Positions 37,907 to 47,599 of a stretch of 64,000 bases of DNA are shown here, in pieces. The DNA is from Candidatus Thorarchaeota archaeon. Lineage in GTDB: Archaea > Asgardarchaeota > Thorarchaeia > Thorarchaeales > Thorarchaeaceae. Where the stretch lies: NCBI GenBank assembly GCA_011364985.1, contig RDOC01000003.1:64001-128000 (forward strand). The letters run 5' to 3'. A program made the translations under genes and the position numbers. Position 1 is the first letter of the stretch. Each line of letters begins with the position of its first letter. The notes beneath the pieces are model-generated. The model searched no databases. It worked only from the letters and a program-made list of their open reading frames with translations, and was not told the origin of the DNA.

Positions 37907-38167
37907 ATGACAACGTGGAGTATCATGCCTCTCAGAAATATCATCATCGAGATTCTAAAGAAACGTCGAGGCGTAATCCTTGATGATGAGCTACAAAGGG
38001 CATTGAAGAAAGAACTCGGCGATGAACCAAGTGAAGCGGAGCTAAACTCTGCACTCATGCAGCTTGAGATTAACGGGCTTGTTCATGTAAGTCAAATCAC
38101 AAAGACAAAGAGACGAATCGAAGTCATTACAGATGCCCATGAGTTCCTCGCTGTTGATGAAGACTAG
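37907..38167 (+). CDS. small winged-helix-like protein downstream of cdc48
   Basis: PLRNIIIEIL...GVILDDEL...ELNSALMQLEINGLVHV; ATG 37907. Confidence 0.7.
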   Translation: MTTWSIMPLRNIIIEILKKRRGVILDDELQRALKKELGDEPSEAELNSALMQLEINGLVHVSQITKTKRRIEVITDAHEFLAVDED

Positions 38168-38193
38168 AAGTAGGTTCAAGAGGAGACAATTAC

Positions 38194-38655
38194 ATGGCCG
38201 GCAAACGAGTACTGGCTGCTGGCAAATTCGACATCCTTCATTTGGGTCACTTAGCCTATTTAGAGCAGGCCAGACAGCTTGCTGGTGATGATGGAGAACT
38301 CATCGTTGTGATAGCGCTAGATAAGATCATAGAAAGTGAACGAGGAGCACCTCCAGTCTTCCCTGCAGAGCAAAGACGCCGCTTAGTAGAAAGCTTGGGT
38401 ATTGTCGATAAGGCGATTATTGGTTATGACACCACAGACCACACCCGAATCGTAGTAGATACAAATCCGGATATCGTTGCCCTTGGTTATGATCAATACA
38501 CGGATATTGATGCCTTGGAAGCTGCCTTTAGAACAGAGAGAATGAATACGAGAGTCATTCGGCTTGAGAAGAAGGAAGCAAATGGACTATGCTCTTCAAC
38601 ACTCATTCGAAAGAGGATAATTGACTACTACAGAGAGAATGGGCGGCCAAGATAG
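38194..38655 (+). CDS. ribL: FAD synthetase / cytidylyltransferase family
   Basis: GKFDILHLGH (HxGH), PDIVALGYDQ, SSTLIR. Confidence 0.78.
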   Translation: MAGKRVLAAGKFDILHLGHLAYLEQARQLAGDDGELIVVIALDKIIESERGAPPVFPAEQRRRLVESLGIVDKAIIGYDTTDHTRIVVDTNPDIVALGYDQYTDIDALEAAFRTERMNTRVIRLEKKEANGLCSSTLIRKRIIDYYRENGRPR

Positions 38656-38659
38656 ATTC

Positions 38660-40009
38660 CTAGAGTACTAGTTCTCCACGGTCTCTCGCTGCTTGAATCA
38701 TCAGTTGTTTTCGTTCTCTGCGATCAAAGGTCTTCTTCCAGATGAAATATGCAACTCCAGCGAGAAGCACCAGAAAAAGCATTCCAAGCAGAGTCCACCA
38801 TCCATAGGGAAAATGTGAAAAGAAGTCCGGCAGAGGACCGTTTATGAAGTAAGGCCAGTTACAGATTGCACCAAATGCATAGAGTAGACCAACTAGGGTT
38901 ATCAACTTGAGATAGCCGATCATATGCTCGTCCTTTTCAAAGAGAAATACAACCAAGGCGAGCCACATCAGATACCAAGGCATGACCCATCTAAATAGGA
39001 ACAGGATTCCTGGCAATATATAGATATAGAACGGCCTTAGCAACTTGATTTTATCCCACCAACCTGCATCCAGGAATTCCCGCTTGGATGGCAAGTACGG
39101 TTTTATGGTGAACAGAATAAAGACTGCGAAGATGATGAAAGGTATCAGTGCTGGAGGCCACATGTAGTAGTTGTCAAGATTGCCCATTGCGAAGTCCTGA
39201 GTCGCGAAGAAGAGGCCCGGATAGAGAGGATTGACTATGAATGAGCTATACGAGGACGTGTTTAGAAAATGCGAAACTAGGGAATCGAAATTCGCTCCAA
39301 GAAAGGCGAATGGGATTATTGTGAGAAGTGTAGATGCAAAGAACCAAATAATGGATATCGGCGAAGTCAGGAATAAAATGGGCAGGGCAACAATGGAATA
39401 GATCTTGGTCTGTACCGAGAGCCCGAGAGTAAACATGGCTTTTCCATATTGTTTCTCTTCACGTAACACCAAAGCCATCAGTAACAGGCAATCAACAATT
39501 GGCTCTAGCTTGCCGCCTCCGGCGGAGAGCATTAGTCCGTAGATGTAGTACCCACCGACAAACAGTCTGGCCCATTTCTTAGTATAAATACGTTCTTTCA
39601 GCAGTATCGCAATTAGTACAAGATTAAGATTGAAGACCAGCACGAGTAGGAAGTTCAACCATAAGGGTTGCAGTCCTCCCTGACCAGGGTAGAGAAACGT
39701 CGCTATCGCGAAAAAGATCAGACCGAAGACCGGATATTCATAGGTGATGTTGCCTAGGTAATCTGGTAGCGTATGCAGACCATCATTGTAGTCCCATTCA
39801 GGGGGCAAAGCTGCTGCAAGCTCGTGATCATTGTAGTTGTAGACCGTAAAGCCATAAATCCAGAAGGCCTCCCCATACATCTCATTACGATTCCGGTCTC
39901 TCTGAATGACTATCGTGTGTGCAATAGGTATTGCTATCATTGAGATGATGAGACTCAGGACGAGATACTTCCGATACTGGTAAATCGTAAGAGATATCGC
40001 ACTGAGCAT
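38660..40009 (-). CDS. polytopic GT-C-fold glycosyltransferase-like membrane protein
   Basis: YEYP loop motif, TKIYS..ALP, PWYLMWL, about 10 TM segments. Confidence 0.6.
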   Translation of the reverse strand: MLSAISLTIYQYRKYLVLSLIISMIAIPIAHTIVIQRDRNRNEMYGEAFWIYGFTVYNYNDHELAAALPPEWDYNDGLHTLPDYLGNITYEYPVFGLIFFAIATFLYPGQGGLQPLWLNFLLVLVFNLNLVLIAILLKERIYTKKWARLFVGGYYIYGLMLSAGGGKLEPIVDCLLLMALVLREEKQYGKAMFTLGLSVQTKIYSIVALPILFLTSPISIIWFFASTLLTIIPFAFLGANFDSLVSHFLNTSSYSSFIVNPLYPGLFFATQDFAMGNLDNYYMWPPALIPFIIFAVFILFTIKPYLPSKREFLDAGWWDKIKLLRPFYIYILPGILFLFRWVMPWYLMWLALVVFLFEKDEHMIGYLKLITLVGLLYAFGAICNWPYFINGPLPDFFSHFPYGWWTLLGMLFLVLLAGVAYFIWKKTFDRRERKQLMIQAARDRGELVL

Positions 40010-40109
40010 TGAAACACCGCCAAACCATGCTTGGACTGAGAGGCGCATTTAGAACATAATTAACCTTGTGGCACGAAAGCACATCCAGTATATAATCACT
40101 CGTAATAGG

Positions 40110-42062
40110 TTAGGAAAGATAGGTGGGACAGGGCCATGAATTGCATTCAAGACAGTTCACACATTTGTTTTGGTTGACAGAAATCTTTCCCAGTTCCAGA
40201 GAGAGAGCGTTTTGAGGACACTGAGGGACACAAGAACCACAGGCTTGGCACAACATGGCACGTCTGATGGTGCGTTCAACTTGTTCAGCAAGAGATTCAA
40301 CCTCTTTTTCGTCATCACCCCTCACGACGAGAGACCCTGATGAGAAGATAAGAATGCTGCTGGATCCTGATGTGCTGCGTAGGGCACCTAGTTCTTCGGA
40401 ACACCTAGTCTTCCCGAAGATAGGTAGAAGCTCAGCGATTCTCTCAAGATCCAATCCACTTGGAAATTGACCCTCAATAGAATATCCTGCTGATGTACAT
40501 GGGGCTACTCCTTTTGTGATGGTCAGTTTCAGCTCATCAGCGGGTCCGGGACGGTCAGGAGCAATGTCAATGCCAAGCTTCTGTGCAAGCTTCATTTGAC
40601 CTTGGGGTATTCGTTTCCATCTCCAAAAACCGAAATCGACCCACTCCTTTGGAAAACCAAAACGGTCAGCCCAAGAATACATAGAACTGGCCCACCGTTC
40701 ATACAACTCAGGATGAGTGGATTTCAAACTCTCAAACTCGGAGAGAGGCGAAGAGGGGCATAGATAACAGCCCATCCGATGATAGCCTTTATTGTATGAG
40801 GGGTTGAATGAAGATTTCTCTCGAAATATGTAGAGCCATACTTCCAATGCATTCCAGTTTCTAATTGGATTGGCTGAGGTCTGACCTGGAACCCAAGGAT
40901 TGGAGGTTACTCGAGGCTCTATAGACCGCTGGAAAGACTCTAGGCGTCGCTGACCCATGAAGCTAAGAGAAGACCCACCCATTTGCTCACTTATGGAAGT
41001 TGCTGCAGGACCAAGTTTGAGAATCTTGCAGCACCAGCGGAAGTCTCGTGCAGGAGGCCCAAAGCTAGCGATAGATTCCCAATATTGATTGCCGCTCTCT
41101 TGGCCTAGAATGCGTGCAGCTCTTTCCTCTGCAAAGGAATGGATGTAGTCAATGGTTTCAGGAAGCTCCAGTCCTGTATCCACAAAGAATAGAGGAGGAC
41201 TGAACCCGAGCGCCTTTTCCACAAGGAGGTATGTGGCAAGAGAGTCTTTGCCACCGCTAAACCCAACGACCACCGGGAAATCTCCCTTTTCGGCAGTTCG
41301 CTTGATGAAAGAAACTGCTTCATGTTCTATCTCTTGGAGGCCGTCTTCATTTGCTATGACCGCTTTGTCCCAAGAGGAGGGTGTTTGGATTACTAGCGAT
41401 TTAGAGGGCTCCGCCACTTCTCGGATTTTTACGGCAAACCCCTTTGTCGCCTTGGCCATTTTCCTTCCGTTCATTCGAGCAATTCCAACGGCAACGACAT
41501 CACCATCTGAGTTGATGACCCAAACTTCGTCGTTCTCTTCTATGCCTGAATCACAGCCTGCAATCCCCGGGAGCATCAGGTTTGCTCCATCTAGGAGATA
41601 CTTGAGGACGCCCTCTTTCATGGAAACCCATTTCTGCTTAGACAAGTGACCAATTCTCTTCGCTCCTTCCAGAGTGAGAAGAAAGACGTATTGATGAGTT
41701 GGAATTTCGAATCGCAATCGACCAATGATTTGGCCTCCTGCAATGACCTCGAACATGGTATCTAGAGAAGGGATCTTGTTCAGAACTATTGTAGTGTCGA
41801 TAGGGAGAAGGGCAGGACCAACACCATCGCCAAATTGCGCATCAATAGCAGTCCTCGCCTGTGCAAGATGACCATCCATCGCAGGGAAAGGGTCGCCAGG
41901 AGGAGAGATATCAACTTCGCGAGAGGGAGTCCCGCATATGTTGCATTTAGTGGGAGAGATTCGGGGAACATTGCATGTATCACACCAGTAGAACCTAATC
42001 TTCGTGAGGTATGGAGCATGCCCTCTCCTGAATCTTCTGTGAGGCTTTTTCCGTTTTGTCAG
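40110..42062 (-). CDS. PAPS-reductase-family protein with N-terminal Zn ribbon, PUA domain and C-terminal 4Fe-4S domain; probable CTG start
   Basis: SGGKDS PP-loop, RWCCKILK, RMGCYLCP, CQACGSC...CP; the frame extends 61 codons upstream to WCDTCNVP...CNICG...ISPPGDPFPA. Confidence 0.85.
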   Translation of the reverse strand: MTKRKKPHRRFRRGHAPYLTKIRFYWCDTCNVPRISPTKCNICGTPSREVDISPPGDPFPAMDGHLAQARTAIDAQFGDGVGPALLPIDTTIVLNKIPSLDTMFEVIAGGQIIGRLRFEIPTHQYVFLLTLEGAKRIGHLSKQKWVSMKEGVLKYLLDGANLMLPGIAGCDSGIEENDEVWVINSDGDVVAVGIARMNGRKMAKATKGFAVKIREVAEPSKSLVIQTPSSWDKAVIANEDGLQEIEHEAVSFIKRTAEKGDFPVVVGFSGGKDSLATYLLVEKALGFSPPLFFVDTGLELPETIDYIHSFAEERAARILGQESGNQYWESIASFGPPARDFRWCCKILKLGPAATSISEQMGGSSLSFMGQRRLESFQRSIEPRVTSNPWVPGQTSANPIRNWNALEVWLYIFREKSSFNPSYNKGYHRMGCYLCPSSPLSEFESLKSTHPELYERWASSMYSWADRFGFPKEWVDFGFWRWKRIPQGQMKLAQKLGIDIAPDRPGPADELKLTITKGVAPCTSAGYSIEGQFPSGLDLERIAELLPIFGKTRCSEELGALRSTSGSSSILIFSSGSLVVRGDDEKEVESLAEQVERTIRRAMLCQACGSCVPQCPQNALSLELGKISVNQNKCVNCLECNSWPCPTYLS

Positions 42063-42169
42063 TTTGGTACATCTCCAGTAATAGCGGGCATGGTTGTTTT
42101 GGCATTACTTGTAATTTGGCCAATAAAAGCGTCGATGTGGCTGCAATAGCGAGAAATCATGCAGCGCTG

Positions 42170-43960
42170 TCAGTATAGTTCGAGTTTCTCAAGTTGCTCC
42201 TTGGAAGGCTGTCCATCCGAGTCCCAACCACGCAAACGATAGTATTCGGGAAGCATTGTCTCGAGATGCACAACACGATTTCTTGATCCGCCCTCTGGAA
42301 GTGGTTTGAAGAATCTTGGTGGTAGTGTATCATCCTTTGAGCTGAATCCTTCCCTCTGATTAAAGAGACGCTCTACATTCCAGATACGTTCTCCTATTGT
42401 CAGAAGGGCGTTACCATCTATGGGTAATCCGGTTGCCGATGCGGCCATTTCCGCGTAATCATCAACCGACCAAGCAAAGTTGGTGAAGCGACACAGCACC
42501 AATGAGTCCATTGCTGCTGAGAGGTTTTGGTAGAGAATGACTAAGCCAGCCTTCCCTTGGGTCCGGTCTCGGTCAACAATGACAGGCGATCCAAGAATCT
42601 CAGGACCAATCATGTAGGAGCGGAGATGACATCCACCTCGATTTGAGGTTGCATAGCCTAATGCATGCCCTTGGGCCCCTCTGGGGTCATATGCGGGGAT
42701 TTCAAGGCCTTTCACTTGCATCGCCAGTTCTGACATTCCATATCTAGCCGCGAATCGTTTGGATCCTTCAGCCATTTCTGCACCAAGACCGCGTCCATGA
42801 CCAATGTCATCTATGAGGTCTAGTAGACCAGTGGTATCTCCAAAGTGCAGTGATGTATCCAGTGCGCCGCGTTGCACAAGCTCCATAGCGCATCCAATTG
42901 TGCTACCCACAGAAATGGTATCAATACCTAAGAGATTGCAGCGATGGTTTGCAGCAGCAATCCATTCTAAGTCATTAATTCCACACTGGGGCCCAAGTGC
43001 CCAGATTGTCTCGTACTCAGGGCCTCCAACCTCCTCTCCATAGGCTTTGCTAATTCGCCCACACCCAATCGGGCATACATGGCAATTGTATGTGCGGACA
43101 TGTAGCCGCTCCAATAGCTTTTCTCCGGACACGCCTTCGGCGTCATTGAAGGTTCCTTCTTGGAAATTAAAGGTGGGCAACATTCCAAGTTCATTTACTA
43201 CATTGACAAGTACTGCAGTTCCATAGACGGGAAGAGACTTGTCAGTAATGCTGTTCTTTTTGAGCAACAGTCGCACACGTTTCACTCTTTCTGCAAGTTC
43301 TTCAGGATTGGCAACCTCTGTCTTTCCGGTCCCTCGTGCAACAACCGCTTTTAGGTTCTTAGATCCCATTACTGCACCAACGCCGCCACGTCCTGCTGCA
43401 CGATGTTTGTCTGTCATGATAGTCGCCACGAGAGACATGTTTTCGCCTCCAGGTCCAATACAAGAAACCTGAGCATGTGGATCAGTTTCAGCAATCAATA
43501 GATCAGTTGACTCGTAGGTATCTTTCCCCCAAATCTTTGACGCATCTTTGATTTCAGCCACATCATCATTTATCCATAGATAGACGGGATTAGGAGACCT
43601 GCCGGTAATGACTACAGCTGCAATGCCAGAACGTCGAATCTCAGGCCCAAAGTGTCCGCCTGCATGCGAGTCAAGGATGGTCCCTGTAGCTGGAGACTTT
43701 GTTATCACTACGAAACGACCACTTGTGGGTACAGGACTAGCAGTCACAGGTCCAATGGCAAAAATAATCCAGTTGTCAACTGAAAGTGGGTCTAATCCTT
43801 TTGGTAGGTTATCGTACAGAAGCTTCACACCAAGTCCTCGGCCGCCAAGGTACTGTTCATACAGATTCCGAGGCAATGGCTCTCGTCGTATTTTCCCATC
43901 GCTAAGAGAAACATAGAGTAACGAGGTGTCCTCATAATGCAGTGATGAAGTATCAGTCAT
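42170..43960 (-). CDS. aor: tungsten-type aldehyde:ferredoxin oxidoreductase
   Basis: YLGGRGLG, KSPATG, AAGRGGVGAVMGSKNLKA, CHVCPIGC, EYET, RGGCH. Confidence 0.93.
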   Translation of the reverse strand: MTDTSSLHYEDTSLLYVSLSDGKIRREPLPRNLYEQYLGGRGLGVKLLYDNLPKGLDPLSVDNWIIFAIGPVTASPVPTSGRFVVITKSPATGTILDSHAGGHFGPEIRRSGIAAVVITGRSPNPVYLWINDDVAEIKDASKIWGKDTYESTDLLIAETDPHAQVSCIGPGGENMSLVATIMTDKHRAAGRGGVGAVMGSKNLKAVVARGTGKTEVANPEELAERVKRVRLLLKKNSITDKSLPVYGTAVLVNVVNELGMLPTFNFQEGTFNDAEGVSGEKLLERLHVRTYNCHVCPIGCGRISKAYGEEVGGPEYETIWALGPQCGINDLEWIAAANHRCNLLGIDTISVGSTIGCAMELVQRGALDTSLHFGDTTGLLDLIDDIGHGRGLGAEMAEGSKRFAARYGMSELAMQVKGLEIPAYDPRGAQGHALGYATSNRGGCHLRSYMIGPEILGSPVIVDRDRTQGKAGLVILYQNLSAAMDSLVLCRFTNFAWSVDDYAEMAASATGLPIDGNALLTIGERIWNVERLFNQREGFSSKDDTLPPRFFKPLPEGGSRNRVVHLETMLPEYYRLRGWDSDGQPSKEQLEKLELY

Positions 43961-43972
43961 TGTTTTAGCCTC

Positions 43973-44794
43973 CTAATCATTGAATACATTCTCATCTCGA
44001 TGGGGACAAATCAAGCAACGTTCCTTATACCAAAGGAACACATCCTTGGGCTGAGTAGCCATATTTGCTTGTCTACTAGGACATGTCCAGCAGGGCTTAT
44101 CCGGTTCCATCCAAGCATCGCTGTACTGAGCCCATCTGTAATCTTCCACTATAGCTACTCCGGAACTCGTTCCCAGACGACTAGCCCCAGCCTCAATCAT
44201 TTGTAATGCATCCTTGAAGGAACGGATTCCACCTGCAGCCTTTACACCCATGTCTTTGCCAACGGTTTCACGCATGAGACGCACAACATGAGGTGTTGCA
44301 CCCATTGGACCAAACCCAGTTGATGTCTTTACGAAGTCAGCGCCAGCTTCTTTTACTATTAGACAAGCCTTGCGCGTTTCGTCATCTTTCAATAGACCAG
44401 TCTCAAGAATCACTTTAACGTGTGCATCGCCGGAAGCAGCCACGACTGCCTCGATATCTGACTGCACCAGCTCGAAATTCTCTTCTCTCATGGCGCCAAC
44501 ATTCATCACCATGTCAATCTCATGGGCGCCCTGCTTCAATGCTTCCTTTGTTTCGAATGCCTTGGTCTGCGAGAGATTGGCACCGAGTGGAAAGCCCACG
44601 ACACAACATACCTTTACTGACGAATCTCTGAGAAAATCAGCAGCATATTGAACATGTACAGGATTGATGCAGACTGCCCCAAAATTGTAGAGAAGAGCCT
44701 CTTCGCACAGCTGCTTTATCTTGCTGCGCTTCTCAGCAGGTTTCAGCGCAGTATGATCTATCATGCCAGCCAATTCTTCAACCGTGAGGACCAT
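43973..44794 (-). CDS. deoC: deoxyribose-phosphate aldolase with Cys-rich C-terminal extension
   Basis: IDHTALKP, VGFPLG, EIDMV, KVILET, FVKTSTGF, VKAAGGIR, RLGTSSG. Confidence 0.95.
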   Translation of the reverse strand: MVLTVEELAGMIDHTALKPAEKRSKIKQLCEEALLYNFGAVCINPVHVQYAADFLRDSSVKVCCVVGFPLGANLSQTKAFETKEALKQGAHEIDMVMNVGAMREENFELVQSDIEAVVAASGDAHVKVILETGLLKDDETRKACLIVKEAGADFVKTSTGFGPMGATPHVVRLMRETVGKDMGVKAAGGIRSFKDALQMIEAGASRLGTSSGVAIVEDYRWAQYSDAWMEPDKPCWTCPSRQANMATQPKDVFLWYKERCLICPHRDENVFND

Positions 44795-44864
44795 TGATGT
44801 GCCTCCAAACGGAACGTTGCGCTATGAGGCACTATTAAGCCTTCGTAAGGGCTTTTAGTGATAA

Positions 44865-45200
44865 CTAACGGGCACCAAGGTAAGATTTGATATCGTCTAG
44901 TACTTCTTTCTGAAGCCGAATTACATCATGGACTTCTATTTCTTCAGCCTCCTTTACAACAGAACTCAATTGCACAACAGTCCCAACTGTTTCCACCTTG
45001 GAGAAGTCAACAGGGAACTCTACTTCAGCACCTTTTACGATAAGCTCTGAACGTGTAGGATTCAAAGCGATTCGGATACTCCTCACGATCCCTATTCTCC
45101 TAGCTCTGCTGTCAAGAACCTCTTTGCCTAGTAATCGCCCAGGCATATTCAGTTCGTAGAGCTCTGCTTCAATACTTGGCATGGCCTCACTAGTCGTCAT
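44865..45200 (-). CDS. PRC-barrel domain protein
   Basis: LLGKEVLDSRARRIGIV..I, V.TVGTVVQL. Confidence 0.7.
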   Translation of the reverse strand: MTTSEAMPSIEAELYELNMPGRLLGKEVLDSRARRIGIVRSIRIALNPTRSELIVKGAEVEFPVDFSKVETVGTVVQLSSVVKEAEEIEVHDVIRLQKEVLDDIKSYLGAR

Positions 45201-45283
45201 TTATCTTTGGCTCCTTATAACGGAAGGAAGTAGGAGGCTTTTTACAGTGAGTATTATCAAGGAACAGAGCAACTATAGCTGAT

Positions 45284-47590
45284 GTGGATGCCAAAGTGAC
45301 GAAAACCTATGTCGATATGCCACTTATCAAGAAACGAAGCATAGATTATAGGAAGTACCAGGTCAATCTTGCCGAAAAAGCATCAACAAAGAGCACATTG
45401 ATTGTATTGAGCACTGGTCTTGGTAAGACTGTCATAGCAGCTCTTTTGGCCGCAAAGCGATTGGAAGGGCAAGCAGAATCGAAGGTCGTCGTTCTGGCCC
45501 CATCCCGTCCACTCGTTGATCAACAAGCTCGGTTCTTTAGAACAGTCTTGGATTTGAATCCGAATCAGATTGTGTGTTTGACAGGGCAGGACCCACCTGA
45601 AAAGAGACGTGAGATTTGGAATAATTCACGTGTCATAGTCATGACACCTCAAGCGCTCCAGAATGATCTCATTCAGAGAAGCTATCACTTAAAGGAGGTA
45701 TCCCTTCTAGTATATGACGAAGCTCATAGAGGTGTTGGAGGTTATGCATATACCTTCATAGCTGAATTATATGAGAAACAGAGTATCAATCAGCTTTCCT
45801 TGGGACTGACTGCATCACCTGGACATGAAACAGAGCATATCAAGACAATCTGTGAGAATCTAAGACTTGGAAATGTGGAAGTTCGGACAGAAGAGAGTGA
45901 TGACGTAAAGGAGTACATAGTGTCAGTTGAGATGGATGTTCACTATGTCCATTTGCCTTCGGAAGTAGAGGTCCTAAGAGACATACTATATAGTCTCTTG
46001 GACCACTACCGAGAACCTGTAGTAGACCATGGGTTTTCTCTGCCGGATAGTAGACGGTTGAGCCGACGAGAGATACTTAGGGTTCAGCAAGAAGTGCGAA
46101 GAGAGATTGGGTCCTATACCAAGCCACCACGAGGGCTCTATCTTGTAATCAGAAATTTGACTGCTGCACTACGGATAGTCCATCTGATTGAATTTGTAGG
46201 AACCCAAGGACTGGGTCCTACATATCGGTACATTCAGGGGATCTACGAAGAAGTCCGCAACAAAAGGAGCTCCAAGGGTGTCAAAGACCTTATTTCCAGA
46301 TCCGAATTCAGGCAGTTCCAAAGCTTGCTTCAGGCGTTGCTCTCTAATGGTTATCGACACCCAAAGTCTGACGCCATACTTGAACTGGTAAGCGAACAGC
46401 TATCAGTAGACCTAGATTCCAGAGTCCTAGTATTCACGCGATTTCGCGACACAGCAGCTGAGGTGGTTGAAACCCTTGAACAGCTAGAAGATGCGAGGGT
46501 CAGTCGTTTTGTTGGACAGAGCTCTAGAGGGTCTGATAAGGGATTCACACAGAAGAAACAGGTAAAGATTCTGGAAGGATTTCGTAACAACGAATACAAT
46601 GTTCTTGTTGCAACCCAAGTGGGCGAAGAGGGACTCGACATTCCCGAGTGCAATCTTGTCGTCTTTTACGATTGCGTACCATCAGTTGTGCCATATATCC
46701 AGAGAAGAGGCCGGACGGGAAGAAAGTTTCCTGGTCGTGTTGTGATTTTTGTTGCCAAAGGAACACATGATGAGTTCTATCACTGGAGCGTGCTTAGCAA
46801 AATGAAGAAAATGCCGTCAGCCTTGAGAGATGCGGAACAAGAATCGGATGATGAAAAGCAGACAAGTCTCGATGAGTTTGCTGATGAAGAAGTGGAGAAT
46901 GCAGAATCATACCGCCCAACATTCCCTAGAAAGAACGATGACAGAATTCGTCTGATTGTAGATTCGAGAGAACTTCCCACCGCAGTCGCTCGTGAACTCG
47001 CAAGAATAGATGTTGAAATATCAGGAGAAAGCTTGCAAATAGGGGACTACATTGCTTCCGAAGATGTGGCGATAGAGAGAAAGGAATCAGGTGACTTTAT
47101 TCAATCTTTGATTGACGGACGACTTTTTGTACAATTGGGCGCACTACGTTCAGCATACCGGAGACCAGTTCTGATTATAGAAGGAGAACAGCTTATTGGA
47201 CAGCGAGCAGTAAATCCAGCTTCTATATACGGTGCTCTCGCTTCAATTGCAATTCGTATTCAAGTGCCAATGATATGGACTCGAAATCCTGAAGAAACCG
47301 CTCAAGTTCTTCATCGAATTGCATACCTCGAACAAATCGGAGCAAAGAAACCCCTCAGAACAAGGACAGGAGAGCTTCGTGGTTCTGATGCTGAAACGCT
47401 TGAGTATATACTATCGGGCTTTCCCGGTGTTGACACAGTGATTTCCAGAGCGATGCTATCCGAGTTCAAGACACTTGAGAAGCTGTTCTCAGCAGAGGAA
47501 AAGGAATTGCGAAAAGTAAAGGGTGTTGGCGCCAAGATAGCTGGGAGAATTCGACGGTTGTTAACAGCAGAATACCCATCTAGTCAATGA
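45284..47590 (+). CDS. hef: Hef (FANCM/XPF-like) helicase-nuclease
   Basis: TGLGKT, DEAH, TASPG, EEGLDIP, QRRGRTGR; ERCC4 GDY...ERK; HhH VKGVG. Confidence 0.93.
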   Translation: MDAKVTKTYVDMPLIKKRSIDYRKYQVNLAEKASTKSTLIVLSTGLGKTVIAALLAAKRLEGQAESKVVVLAPSRPLVDQQARFFRTVLDLNPNQIVCLTGQDPPEKRREIWNNSRVIVMTPQALQNDLIQRSYHLKEVSLLVYDEAHRGVGGYAYTFIAELYEKQSINQLSLGLTASPGHETEHIKTICENLRLGNVEVRTEESDDVKEYIVSVEMDVHYVHLPSEVEVLRDILYSLLDHYREPVVDHGFSLPDSRRLSRREILRVQQEVRREIGSYTKPPRGLYLVIRNLTAALRIVHLIEFVGTQGLGPTYRYIQGIYEEVRNKRSSKGVKDLISRSEFRQFQSLLQALLSNGYRHPKSDAILELVSEQLSVDLDSRVLVFTRFRDTAAEVVETLEQLEDARVSRFVGQSSRGSDKGFTQKKQVKILEGFRNNEYNVLVATQVGEEGLDIPECNLVVFYDCVPSVVPYIQRRGRTGRKFPGRVVIFVAKGTHDEFYHWSVLSKMKKMPSALRDAEQESDDEKQTSLDEFADEEVENAESYRPTFPRKNDDRIRLIVDSRELPTAVARELARIDVEISGESLQIGDYIASEDVAIERKESGDFIQSLIDGRLFVQLGALRSAYRRPVLIIEGEQLIGQRAVNPASIYGALASIAIRIQVPMIWTRNPEETAQVLHRIAYLEQIGAKKPLRTRTGELRGSDAETLEYILSGFPGVDTVISRAMLSEFKTLEKLFSAEEKELRKVKGVGAKIAGRIRRLLTAEYPSSQ

Positions 47591-47599
47591 AACCAGTAA

